Below are positions 29,811 through 38,781 of a stretch of 64,000 nt of DNA, piece after piece (the stretch's first letter is position 1; every line of letters begins with the position of its first letter). Both the position numbers and the translations under genes were made by a program. A model generated the notes under the pieces. The model had not been told where the DNA came from. It made no database searches and saw only the letters and a program-made list of their open reading frames with translations. Source of the stretch: an uncultured Acidobacteriaceae bacterium (GTDB taxonomy: Bacteria; Acidobacteriota; Terriglobia; Terriglobales; Acidobacteriaceae); the NCBI GenBank assembly GCA_963746665.1, contig CAVVBW010000003.1, positions 325,022 through 389,021 of the forward strand. Reading direction: 5' to 3'.

Positions 29811-29898
29811 CGCAGGATCTCCTGTCCTTCATCCGTGAAGATTCCGGACGAAGAACAGGGGGCTGCAACGGGTTGTTTCCCGTCGTCTTGCCGCTAGA
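29811..29898 (+). repeat. 88-bp direct repeat, copy B
   Basis: About 83 of 88 identical to 28815-28902. Lies 48 nt after the modA stop. Confidence 0.9.
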
Positions 29899-29910
29899 TC
29901 AAAGAGCCGC

Positions 29911-30153
29911 TCAGGCGCAGCGAGTCATTTCGATACGCGGTTGGATCGGGCTTACCCGGTCGGGCCCCAGCGTACCGCCGAGAATCTGGGCCACATTCAA
30001 CAGCGACTTACCGCCGCAAACCGGACAGGCATTGTTGTAGGAAATCGTGATCCGGTCGCAGTCCACGCATAAAACAGCACACGAGAGGGGAAGACTGGGC
30101 AGGAACGCAGTTGCCGCGTCCTCGCCCGGATAAAGTTCATTCATGTTGTTCAT
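29911..30153 (-). CDS. small Cys4 zinc-ribbon-like hypothetical protein (80 aa)
   Basis: ORF 29911-30240 trimmed to ATG 30153, downstream of AAGGAG. The CxxC pairs CVDC ... CPVCGG are spaced 13 residues apart. Confidence 0.5.
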   Translation of the reverse strand: MNNMNELYPGEDAATAFLPSLPLSCAVLCVDCDRITISYNNACPVCGGKSLLNVAQILGGTLGPDRVSPIQPRIEMTRCA

Positions 30154-30558
30154 GGCTCCGTGACTCCTTAAAAAACTGGCCAAGGTGAAGCCGTCAACTA
30201 CTGTGGTGAAAATGTGGTGAAAACGCGCTAGCTGAATCATCGACCATTCGAGCCAAGGCAGCTAGTGACTGTTATGACATCTTGCGATTTTTTTTGTTCA
30301 AAACCCATCCCTTGAACTACCGATCAGACAGAAAAGACAGAAAAAGGAAAGACAGAATCGAAGATGAGAGGCCCGCTGCGAAGCAGCCATCCTCATTCTA
30401 TGGATGCAAGATTCGGCACTGGGAGAGTGATCGGCCCGCGATCAATTTTCTTGGGGGAGATGCAGGGCGGTTCCGCGGCGGCGGCTATGCCAGCCCTTTT
30501 GGGCAGCTATCTCCTTGAAGAAAAAGCCCTTCTGCTCAGCCGAATGGAAGATGACGGT

Positions 30559-31317
30559 CTATTTGGGATACCAGTCGAGCAAACGCACTTCAATTCCACT
30601 GCCTTCCAGATCTTTTTGGAACACTTGAATGTCGGAGCCCTGGTAGTGATATGGAATTGCGATCTTCGGATGAAACGCCTTGACTGCATCCGCGGCTTCA
30701 TCGGGAGTCATGGTGTAAGGCACATTCATGCAGACAAAAGCCACATCGATATTCTTGAGCGCACGCATTTCCGGGGTTCCCTCCGTATCTCCGGAGAAAT
30801 AAAAGCGTTCGCCCCCATATGTAAGGACGTAGCCATTGCCGCGGCCCTTCGGGTGATAAAGCTGCCCGGGAGCCGGACCGCGCTTCATGTTGTACATGGG
30901 CACCGCTTCGATGGTCCAGTCATTCCAAGTCTTGGTTTCGCCATTGGAGATGGGTTTAGCGCTCACGACGGTTTTGACCACGGCCGGGGGCGCCATAATC
31001 TCAGTGCCCGGTTTGCTAACCGCCGCGATGAGAGCGGGGTCCATATGGTCGCCGTGGATGTCGGTGATAAGGATCAGGTCCGCCGGAGGCAGGCCGCTCA
31101 CATTGGCGGGTTTGGCGGGATCGAGATAGATCGTCTTGTTGCCGGCTTGAATCATTAAGGCGGCATGGTAAATCGGCGTGATCTTGACCGGGCCGGCTGA
31201 GGTTTGGAATGTTTGCGTTTGACGCCCGGCCTGGCTTTGGGCAGCCTGGCTTCGAGCAGCTTGGTTCGCAAGCGTGACGCAGATCGCCAACGCTGCAACG
31301 TTCAGAGCAGTTTTCAT
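30559..31317 (-). CDS. secreted MBL-fold metallo-hydrolase
   Basis: Signal MKTALNVAALAICVTLANQAA. Metal motif LITDIHGDHMD. Confidence 0.8.
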   Translation of the reverse strand: MKTALNVAALAICVTLANQAARSQAAQSQAGRQTQTFQTSAGPVKITPIYHAALMIQAGNKTIYLDPAKPANVSGLPPADLILITDIHGDHMDPALIAAVSKPGTEIMAPPAVVKTVVSAKPISNGETKTWNDWTIEAVPMYNMKRGPAPGQLYHPKGRGNGYVLTYGGERFYFSGDTEGTPEMRALKNIDVAFVCMNVPYTMTPDEAADAVKAFHPKIAIPYHYQGSDIQVFQKDLEGSGIEVRLLDWYPK

Positions 31318-31387
31318 GGTTCGTCCTCGAACCCGGACATTTTACAATCACGGCTGCCGCTCGACGCTTGAATAAATCCTGTCATTG

Positions 31388-32842
31388 TCATTGCCCTGGT
31401 CCATGGATCTCTGGTCCGTGGGTTCCTGATGCGTGGATCTCTGATGTGTGGACCTCGCCTTCCACAATCTCCATGCACTCTTCGAGGATGTCGAGCGCGA
31501 TGTTGGCTTCTTCGAGATGCACAATGAGCGGCGGCGCAAGGCGGAGCGAGGTTTCTCCGCAGCCGAGGGTGAGCAGACCGCGCTCGAAGGCGAGCCGCAC
31601 AATACGATCGCGCCGCGCCGGAGCAGCTTCCCGCGTCTGCTGATCTCTGACGATCTCAATGCCGATCATCAGGCCGCGGCCGCGGACGTCACCGACGATG
31701 GAGTAACGGGAAGGCCACTCCCGCAAGCGGGAGAGCATGGCGCCGCCGACGCTCGCGGCATTGCCGATGCCTTCCCGCTCGAGGATGTCCATGGTCGCCA
31801 AGGCGGCGGCAATCGCCACCGGGTTGCCTCCGAAGGTGGAGGCGTGGGAGCCAGGCGGCCAATCCATGACCTCCGCGCGGGTCATGCAGATGCCGAGAGG
31901 CATGCCCGACGCAACGCCCTTGGCGATACAGACTATGTCGGGCTCAACGCCGGAGTGCTCGATGGCCCACCACTTCCCGGTGCGCCCCATGCCGGATTGA
32001 ACCTCATCGACGACGAGCAGAATGCCATGCCGGTCGCAGATCCGGCGCAGCTCCATAAGAAAAATGTCAGGCGCGACGATATAGCCGCCTTCCCCTTGGA
32101 TGGGCTCGACAAAGATCGCCGCAACCTCTTCGGGAGGCAGCGTGGTCTTGAAGAGCTGGTCTTCGATCGAGCGGGCGCAAGCGAGCGCAAAGCGTTCGTC
32201 CTCCTCGGGGCCGCCGCTCGAACCGCGGTAGACGTAAGGGTAGCGAACGTGTGTGATCCCCGGTACCATCGGGGCGAAGCGGCGCCGTTGTTGAAGTTTT
32301 GAGGCGGTAAGCGAAAGGGCGCCCATGGTGCGGCCGTGAAAGGCGCCGAAGAAGGCAATGCAATGCTGCCGGCCGGTATGGTATCGCGCAAGCTTCAAAG
32401 CGCACTCAACGGCTTCGGTTCCGGAGTTGCCGAAGTAGAAGCGGTGCGGACCGGGCATGGGCGCGACCGCGGAGAGCCGTTCGGCGATGGTGACCATCAG
32501 CTCGTAGTAAAAGTCCGTTCCCGAGATATGGATCAGTTCAGCCGCCTGCTTTTGGATGGCGGCAACGACCTCGGGATGGCAGTGGCCGGTCGACGCAACC
32601 GCAATGCCCGCGGCAAAGTCGAGAAACTCGTTTCCATCCACATCTTCAATCCGCATGCCCAGGCCGCGTTTGGCCACCAGCGGGTACGAACGCGTGTAGC
32701 TGGGCGATACCAGGCGGTGATCGGCCTCGATGATCGCCTGGGCTTTTGGGCCTGGGAGAGGTCCCTTGATGCGCGGCCGGTACTGGTCCAAGTGCGAATC
32801 CGAGTGCGAATCCGAGTGCGAATCCAAGATGGTCTTCGGCAT
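31388..32842 (-). CDS. class III PLP aminotransferase (GabT/ArgD-like) with His-rich repeat tails
   Basis: ORF 31388-32923 trimmed to ATG 32842. DEVQSGMGRTGKWWA and ASTFGGNP are class III motifs. N-terminal DSHSDSHSDSH and C-terminal HTSEI-HASGT-HGPEI-HGPGQ. Confidence 0.85.
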   Translation of the reverse strand: MPKTILDSHSDSHSDSHLDQYRPRIKGPLPGPKAQAIIEADHRLVSPSYTRSYPLVAKRGLGMRIEDVDGNEFLDFAAGIAVASTGHCHPEVVAAIQKQAAELIHISGTDFYYELMVTIAERLSAVAPMPGPHRFYFGNSGTEAVECALKLARYHTGRQHCIAFFGAFHGRTMGALSLTASKLQQRRRFAPMVPGITHVRYPYVYRGSSGGPEEDERFALACARSIEDQLFKTTLPPEEVAAIFVEPIQGEGGYIVAPDIFLMELRRICDRHGILLVVDEVQSGMGRTGKWWAIEHSGVEPDIVCIAKGVASGMPLGICMTRAEVMDWPPGSHASTFGGNPVAIAAALATMDILEREGIGNAASVGGAMLSRLREWPSRYSIVGDVRGRGLMIGIEIVRDQQTREAAPARRDRIVRLAFERGLLTLGCGETSLRLAPPLIVHLEEANIALDILEECMEIVEGEVHTSEIHASGTHGPEIHGPGQ

Positions 32843-32952
32843 GAGTTTCTCCCGGCGGGTCCCTCGTCCGATTGCCCTTTTCCTATTCCCCCTTTTTCTA
32901 TTCCTATGATGGGGCAAGAGCAAGTTGGTGTGGATGTTTCGGGGAGGTACCG

Positions 32953-34431
32953 CTATTTGCGCTTCCAGCGGGCGCCGTCTTTGGAGTCTTCGATGAGAAT
33001 GCCCTTTTGGGCAAGATCGTTGCGGATCTGATCGGCGCGGCGGAAGTTGCGGGAGCCGCGCGCCTGTTCCCGCTCGGCAAGCAGGGCATCGATCTCGGCA
33101 TCGGTGAGCGAGTAGCGGGCCAGTACCTCAGGTACGGCAGAAGCGAGCATCCCTTCCTGTCTGGCCCATTCGAGAGCCCCGCGCGTGATCTCCGCATCGC
33201 GATCTTCAAGAACGGCAAAGACCCGGTCGAACCGCTCCAGAGCTTCGCGGATCGCGGGAATGTTGCTCGCGTAGAGCGTACCGGAATCGGCAGCGGCATT
33301 GCCGGCGCGAACCATTTCGAAGATGGCCGCACGCGCTTCCGAGGTGTTGAGGTCGTCAGCCATAGCAGCGCGAAAGGCCTCTTGGCTACGGGCCGTTTGC
33401 GCATCGAGCTCGGCATTGCGGCCTTGGGGCAATCTGTTGTCGCGAATGCGATGGGCGAAGGTCCGCAGGCGCTCGACGGCATTGGCGGATTCGACCAGGC
33501 CGTCGACGGTGAAGTTCAGCGGGTGACGGTAAGGAACCGAGATGAGCAGAAAGCGGATCGCGGAGGCCTTGTAACCCTTGAGCAGCAGATCGCGAAGGGT
33601 GAAGAAGTTGCCTTCGGACTTGGACATCTTGCGCCCTTCGACCAATAGAAAACGCACATGCATCCAGTGGTCGACGAAGGTCTTGCCGGTGGCCGACTCC
33701 GATTGCGCGATCTCATTTTCGTGGTGAGGGAAGGTCAGGTCCTCGCCGCCCGCATGCAGGTCAAAGCTCTCGCCAAGGTACTTCATCGACATGGCTGAAC
33801 ACTCGATGTGCCAACCGGGCCGGCCGGGGCCGAGCGGTGAGTCCCAAAAGCGCTCATCCGGCTTGGCCGCCCTCCAAAGCACGAAGTCGCGGACGGAATC
33901 CTTGTCATACTCGTCGAGATCGACGCGCGCCCCGTCGGAGATGCCGGAAAGGTCTTTCTTCGAGAGCTTGCCGTATTCGGGAAAGCCGGCGATGCGGAAG
34001 TACCAGGAGCCATCCTCCGTGCGATAGGCCAGATTCTTGGCTGCCAGGCGTTCGATGAGTGCTACCATCTCCGGAATATTTTCCGTCGCGCGCGGGATGA
34101 TTTCGGGGCGTTCGCAGCTCAGGATGTCCATATCCTCGAAAAATGCCTCTACATACTTCGCCGTGTATTTCTCGATGGGGAGGCTGGCGGCGGCGGCGTT
34201 GCGGATGATCTTGTCATCGACGTCGGTGATGTTCATCACATGGCGGAGCGACATGCCTTCGCTCTCGAGGAAGCGGCGCAGCACATCGACCTGCAGGAAC
34301 GTCCGGAAGTTGCCGATGTGTCCGTAGTCGTAGACGGTAGGCCCGCAAGCGTACATGCGCAGCGTCTGGCCATCGGCTGGCTGAAGCTCTTCGACAGAGT
34401 TGGTGAGGGTATTGAAAAGACGGATGGTCAT
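32953..34431 (-). CDS. cysS: cysteine--tRNA ligase
   Basis: HIGNFRT (HIGH) and KMSKSEGN (KMSKS) motifs. 492 aa. Confidence 0.95.
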   Translation of the reverse strand: MTIRLFNTLTNSVEELQPADGQTLRMYACGPTVYDYGHIGNFRTFLQVDVLRRFLESEGMSLRHVMNITDVDDKIIRNAAAASLPIEKYTAKYVEAFFEDMDILSCERPEIIPRATENIPEMVALIERLAAKNLAYRTEDGSWYFRIAGFPEYGKLSKKDLSGISDGARVDLDEYDKDSVRDFVLWRAAKPDERFWDSPLGPGRPGWHIECSAMSMKYLGESFDLHAGGEDLTFPHHENEIAQSESATGKTFVDHWMHVRFLLVEGRKMSKSEGNFFTLRDLLLKGYKASAIRFLLISVPYRHPLNFTVDGLVESANAVERLRTFAHRIRDNRLPQGRNAELDAQTARSQEAFRAAMADDLNTSEARAAIFEMVRAGNAAADSGTLYASNIPAIREALERFDRVFAVLEDRDAEITRGALEWARQEGMLASAVPEVLARYSLTDAEIDALLAEREQARGSRNFRRADQIRNDLAQKGILIEDSKDGARWKRK

Positions 34432-34505
34432 TTCCCTTGAAGATACTCAGATGCTCGGGCGTTCAGATCCGGCGCGGTCTTCATCAAAGGTCATAGAGCG
34501 CCCCC

Positions 34506-35114
34506 CTATCGTATCAGGGATCGGGAGCCGGCATGTCCATGCGCCACGGCCTCGGCGATGCTCTTCTCTTTCCAATGGCGTGTGAAGTTTTCGAGTGAGC
34601 TCAGCGTCGAGGTGCGCATGCGATCGATGTAGAGAATTCCCAGGAGGTGGTCGATCTCATGCTGCAGAATGCGCGCATACCATCCGGAAGCCTGGATGAC
34701 ATGGGGCTTGCCCTGGTGATCCAGGCATTCCACGCGGACCATGCGGGCTCTGGGCACCACGGCGGTAAAACCCGGCAGGCTTAGGCAGCCTTCGAAAAAC
34801 TCGAGATCCGGCTCGGAGTCGAGAGTCAGCACCGGGTTCACGATGACGTGAAAGGGAACGGGTGTGCGCTCCCGCTCGGCGGCCTTACCCGGTCCAAGAG
34901 CCTTGCCGTACTCTTCGCGGTCTTCGATGACGGCGATCTGCAGCGGCAGCCCAACCTGCGGGGCGGCTAAGCCGACTCCCGGAGCGTCGCGCATCGTTTC
35001 TCGCATGGAGGCGATCAGCTCCTGCGTTTCTTTGAGTAGGAGTTCTTTTGGCTTGAGCGGGCGGGCGCGTTCCCGCAGAACGGGCTCACCGACGATTCTG
35101 GTTTTTAGGATCAT
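34506..35114 (-). CDS. def: peptide deformylase
   Basis: GVGLAAPQ, EGCLSLPG and HEIDHL motifs. Confidence 0.95.
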   Translation of the reverse strand: MILKTRIVGEPVLRERARPLKPKELLLKETQELIASMRETMRDAPGVGLAAPQVGLPLQIAVIEDREEYGKALGPGKAAERERTPVPFHVIVNPVLTLDSEPDLEFFEGCLSLPGFTAVVPRARMVRVECLDHQGKPHVIQASGWYARILQHEIDHLLGILYIDRMRTSTLSSLENFTRHWKEKSIAEAVAHGHAGSRSLIR

Positions 35115-35130
35115 AGAGTCTGTTATGAGC

Positions 35131-36411
35131 TTATAGGGCGAGAGAAGGTTGAGCGGTGAGTTCGGGTGGCGCGAAGCAGCCGGAAACGAACTTGGGCCAT
35201 GCGGCGGCCGCGATCATGGCTGCGTTGTCGGTGGAGAGCGCTGGAGAAGGGAAGGCGATCGACATGCCGCGCATCCCCGCCTCCGCGGTAAAGCGGACGC
35301 GGAGTTCGCGATTGGCGGCAACTCCGCCGGAAACGAGAACGGTTTCTGCGCCCACTGCTTGGGCAGCCCGAAAAGTCTTTCGCTTGAGGTCATCGACGAC
35401 GGCACGCTGGAAGGAGGCGATAAGTCCCAATGTTTGCGCATCGCAGAGAGCCCGGGCATCGGAGGGCGTGGCGCCGGCAATGGCGGCCAAAGCCTCGCGG
35501 CGGCGCAGGATCGAAGGATAGAGCTGGTTGAGCTGAACGTAGCGCAGCACCGCGGTCTTGATGCCGCTGAACGAGAAGAGGAATCGGCGGCTGAATCTGT
35601 CTTCGAATGGGGTATCGGGGGAGGGGGTATCGGGGGACGCGGCATCGTCTCGATCGGGCCTATGCGCCTTCTGCTTGATTTGGGCAAAGGTGAAGGGCAC
35701 CGATTGGGGATCGCCATAAGGCGCGAGCGCATCGATCCATGGACCGCCTGGGTAGCCCAATCCAAGGAGTTTGGCTACCTTGTCAAAGGCCTCGCCGGCG
35801 GCATCGTCGACGGTGCTGCCGATATTCCGATAGGTAAAGCTTCCCTCTCGCGGCTGCGCTGTATAGAGGTGTGTGTGTCCTCCGGAGACCACCAGGGCCA
35901 ACGCCCGCGAGCCTCTCTCGTCAAACGCGGGGTCGTCTTCCTCTGGCGCGGTCCGGGCCAGTTCCTGCTGCTCGAGCAACACGGCGTGGATGTGCCCCTC
36001 GAGATGATTGACCGCGATCAGCGGCTTCCCCAGAGCGAATGCCAGCGACTTGGCGTAGGTGATGCCGACGAGAAGTGCGCCGGCGAGCCCCGGCCCCTCG
36101 GTCACGGCAATGGCGGCGAGGTCAGCGAACGCGACACTTGCTTCGGAGAGCGCGGCGTGGACCACCGGGACGATATTGCGCAGGTGCTCGCGTGAGGCCA
36201 ATTCGGGAACCACGCCGCCGTAGGGAGCGTGCGTCGAAACTTGCGAGGCCACGACGTTTGAAAGCGCGTGCCGCCCCCGACCGACCACTGCGGCAGCGGT
36301 CTCGTCACAAGAGGTCTCAATGCCCAGAATGAGCCCGTCGGCCACTCCGGGGGCCACTGCCCGGGCCACTCCGCGCGCCGCGCCGTTGTCGGTTACGGGC
36401 TGCTGACTCAT
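35131..36411 (-). CDS. tsaD: tRNA N6-adenosine threonylcarbamoyltransferase (Kae1/TsaD family), expanded version
   Basis: GIETSCDETAAAVV and HLEGHI motifs. 426 aa, against about 340 for typical homologues. Confidence 0.9.
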   Translation of the reverse strand: MSQQPVTDNGAARGVARAVAPGVADGLILGIETSCDETAAAVVGRGRHALSNVVASQVSTHAPYGGVVPELASREHLRNIVPVVHAALSEASVAFADLAAIAVTEGPGLAGALLVGITYAKSLAFALGKPLIAVNHLEGHIHAVLLEQQELARTAPEEDDPAFDERGSRALALVVSGGHTHLYTAQPREGSFTYRNIGSTVDDAAGEAFDKVAKLLGLGYPGGPWIDALAPYGDPQSVPFTFAQIKQKAHRPDRDDAASPDTPSPDTPFEDRFSRRFLFSFSGIKTAVLRYVQLNQLYPSILRRREALAAIAGATPSDARALCDAQTLGLIASFQRAVVDDLKRKTFRAAQAVGAETVLVSGGVAANRELRVRFTAEAGMRGMSIAFPSPALSTDNAAMIAAAAWPKFVSGCFAPPELTAQPSLAL

Positions 36412-36470
36412 TCTTCCTATACTAGAGCCTGCTCTTCGGTTTGCAGCGAGCAGAGCAAGCCGGGGTAGAA

Positions 36471-36600
36471 GAGGGCGAGAGCGGTAGTACCGCGAAGCCC
36501 TGGAGTGTTAGGAAAAGGGTGAATTGCGGAGCGAGCCCTGGGAAGGGGCGAGCAAAGCAAGAGGGCAAAGCGCTTTAGCGCGGGCCCTGGAATATTAGAG
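36471..36600 (-). repeat. about 130-bp dispersed repeat, copy 1 (inverted relative to copy 2 at 54406-54536)
   Basis: The reverse complement aligns with 54406-54536 at roughly 85% identity by hand count. It contains the core CCAGGGCCCGCGCTAAAGCGCTTTGCCCTC. Confidence 0.85.
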
Positions 36601-36601
36601 C

Positions 36602-38002
36602 ATGGCGATGTATAGGGAAAAAGCGGCGGCGGAGGTTGTAGGGAAACTGCGCGCCGCCGGGCATCAGGCCTATTTCGTCGGCGGATGTGTGCGCGATCTG
36701 CTGCTGGGCCGCGAGCCGGAGGATTTCGATGTTGCCACCAGCGCGCGGCCCGAGCAGGTGCTCGCGCTCTTCGCGCGAACCTTTTCGGTGGGTGCGCATT
36801 TTGGCGTGGTGCTGGTAGCGACTCGCGCGCCGGGCGCTAAGGAGAACGAAGACGAGGAGGTGGTCACCGAAGTCGCCACCTTTCGCAGCGATGGGGCCTA
36901 TAGCGACGGACGCCGCCCCGACGCCGTGCGCTTTTCTGAGAGCGCCGAAGAAGATGTGAAGCGCCGCGACTTCACCATCAACGGGATGTTGCTCGATCCC
37001 GAGATCCTCGCCCAAACAGGGCGCCCCAGCGCGGCCGCGCTCGATTTTGTCGGCGGGATGAAGGACCTGGCCGCCGGGTTGGTGCGGGCGATTGGGGAGC
37101 CGCGGCTCCGCTTCTCGGAGGATAAGCTGCGCATGCTCAGAGCCGTCCGCTTCGCATCGCGTTTTGGCTTTGAGCTCGCCGCGTCAACCGCCGCGGCCAT
37201 CCGGGAGCAGGCGGCAACGGTCGATCAGGTCAGCCATGAGCGAATGCGCGACGAGTTGTCCAAGATGCTGACCGGGGGCCATGCCAAGCGGGCCTTCGAG
37301 TTGCTGGATTCGACCGGGCTGCTTCAGGAGATTTTGCCGGCGGTGGCGCGGATGAAAGGCGTGCGGCAGCCGCCCGAGTACCACCCGGAAGGCGATGTAT
37401 GGGTGCACACGCTCTTGCTGCTCGACAAGCTGCCCGAGGGTTCGCCTCTGACCCTGGCCTGGGCCGCCCTGCTGCACGATGTCGGCAAGCCCGCAACCTT
37501 CCGTGTGGCGCCCGACCGCATCCGCTTCGATGGACATGTGGAGGTGGGCGTGCGGATCGCTGAGGAGATCTGCCGCCAGCTTCGCTTTTCCAAGGAGGAC
37601 ACGGAGCAGATTCTGCTCCTGATCGCCAACCATATGCGCTTTGCCGATGTAGAGAAAATGAAAGAGTCCACACTCAAGCGCTTCTTCCGGCTGCCGCGTT
37701 TTGCCGAGCACCTGGCCTTGCACAAAATCGATTGCCTTTCGAGCCACGGCAGTCTCGCGCTCTATGAGTTCGCTAAGGAGAGATTTGAGAGCTTGGCAGC
37801 CGAGCAAGTGCGGCCGCGGTTGCTGGTGACGGGCGGGGATCTGATCGAGGCGGGCTACCGGCCGGGGCCGGAGTTCAAAGGCATGCTCGCCCTGGCCGAA
37901 GATGCGCAGCTCGAAGGCAGGATCCACACAAGGGAAGAGGGATTGGCGCTGATTCAAGAAAGAGCACAGAACTCAGAGCACAGCAAGAGCCCTGAATCCT
38001 GA
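36602..38002 (+). CDS. cca: CCA-adding tRNA nucleotidyltransferase with HD domain
   Basis: FVGGCVRDLLLGREPEDFDV (PolyA_pol head) and LLHDVGKP (HD domain). Confidence 0.85.
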   Translation: MAMYREKAAAEVVGKLRAAGHQAYFVGGCVRDLLLGREPEDFDVATSARPEQVLALFARTFSVGAHFGVVLVATRAPGAKENEDEEVVTEVATFRSDGAYSDGRRPDAVRFSESAEEDVKRRDFTINGMLLDPEILAQTGRPSAAALDFVGGMKDLAAGLVRAIGEPRLRFSEDKLRMLRAVRFASRFGFELAASTAAAIREQAATVDQVSHERMRDELSKMLTGGHAKRAFELLDSTGLLQEILPAVARMKGVRQPPEYHPEGDVWVHTLLLLDKLPEGSPLTLAWAALLHDVGKPATFRVAPDRIRFDGHVEVGVRIAEEICRQLRFSKEDTEQILLLIANHMRFADVEKMKESTLKRFFRLPRFAEHLALHKIDCLSSHGSLALYEFAKERFESLAAEQVRPRLLVTGGDLIEAGYRPGPEFKGMLALAEDAQLEGRIHTREEGLALIQERAQNSEHSKSPES

Positions 38003-38026
38003 GTCCTGTGCCCTGATCTCTGAGCC

Positions 38027-38635
38027 CTACGCTTTCACATGTTCGAAGCGCTTGTTCACCTCGTCCCAATTGACGACATTCCACCAGGCGGCCAGGTACT
38101 CGGGCCGTCTGTTTTGGTATTTGAGGTAGTAGGCATGCTCCCAAACGTCATTGCCGAGAATCGGGACATGGCCTTGAGAGACGGGGTTGTCCTGGTTGGC
38201 GCTGGTGATGACCTTCAGTTTGCCGCCTTCCCAAATTAGCCAGCCCCAGCCCGAGCCGAATTGCTTCGCCGTGGTCTCGTTGAAGAGCTTCTTAAAGTCT
38301 TCCAGGCCGCCGAAGTCTTTCTTGATCTGCTCGACGATCTTGCCGCTGGCTTCGCCGCCCTTGGGTTTCATGATGGTCCAGAACATGGTGTGATTGACAT
38401 GGCCGCCGGCGTTGTTGCGCACAGTGGCGCGAATGTCTTCGGGAATCTCGGAAAGCTTGCGAAGAAGATCCTCAGGCGTGTGTTTTCCCCATTCCGGATG
38501 CTTCTCGATCGCTGCATTTAGATTGTTGACGTAGGCGGTGTGGTGCTTGTCGTGATGCAGTTTCATGGTTTCTGCGTCGATGTGAGGTTCAAGCGCGGAA
38601 TAATCGTAGGGAAGCGGTGGTACTTCGTATGCCAA
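38027..38635 (-). CDS. sod: Fe/Mn superoxide dismutase
   Basis: LHHDKHH and DVWEHAYYL motifs. The tracked ORF starts at ATG 38695. However, TTG at 38635 lies 6 nt after AGGAGG and gives the canonical N-terminus (M)[11 protein letters not shown]. Confidence 0.9.
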   Translation of the reverse strand: MAYEVPPLPYDYSALEPHIDAETMKLHHDKHHTAYVNNLNAAIEKHPEWGKHTPEDLLRKLSEIPEDIRATVRNNAGGHVNHTMFWTIMKPKGGEASGKIVEQIKKDFGGLEDFKKLFNETTAKQFGSGWGWLIWEGGKLKVITSANQDNPVSQGHVPILGNDVWEHAYYLKYQNRRPEYLAAWWNVVNWDEVNKRFEHVKA

Positions 38636-38781
38636 AGCGTTCCTCCTGCATTTCGTTGGGATCGGCTTGCCCTGTGCGGGCGTGGTATGGTTCAAAAAAT
38701 CGTCGCGGCGCCCTATAACAGGCTCTATGGTAATGGATGCAAATTTGAAACAAGGCGTTCAGGGTTTAGATTCAAAAGAGA

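Noticed and set aside
28815-29898. The idea that the modA unit is an integron-type cassette, with the 88-bp repeats acting as attC sites.
   Set aside because: No integrase is nearby. The repeats are direct near-identical copies rather than imperfect palindromes with a GTTRRRY core, and the left copy is part of the nagA coding sequence. It is kept only as a duplication/insertion footprint.
37973-38024. Bipartite hairpin (CTCAGAG+CACAG ... CTGTG+7-nt bulge+CTCTGAG) between the convergent cca and sod genes, considered as a bidirectional terminator.
   Set aside because: The stems are short and interrupted, there is no flanking U-run on either strand, and part of it lies inside the cca coding end. 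It is too weak to call.
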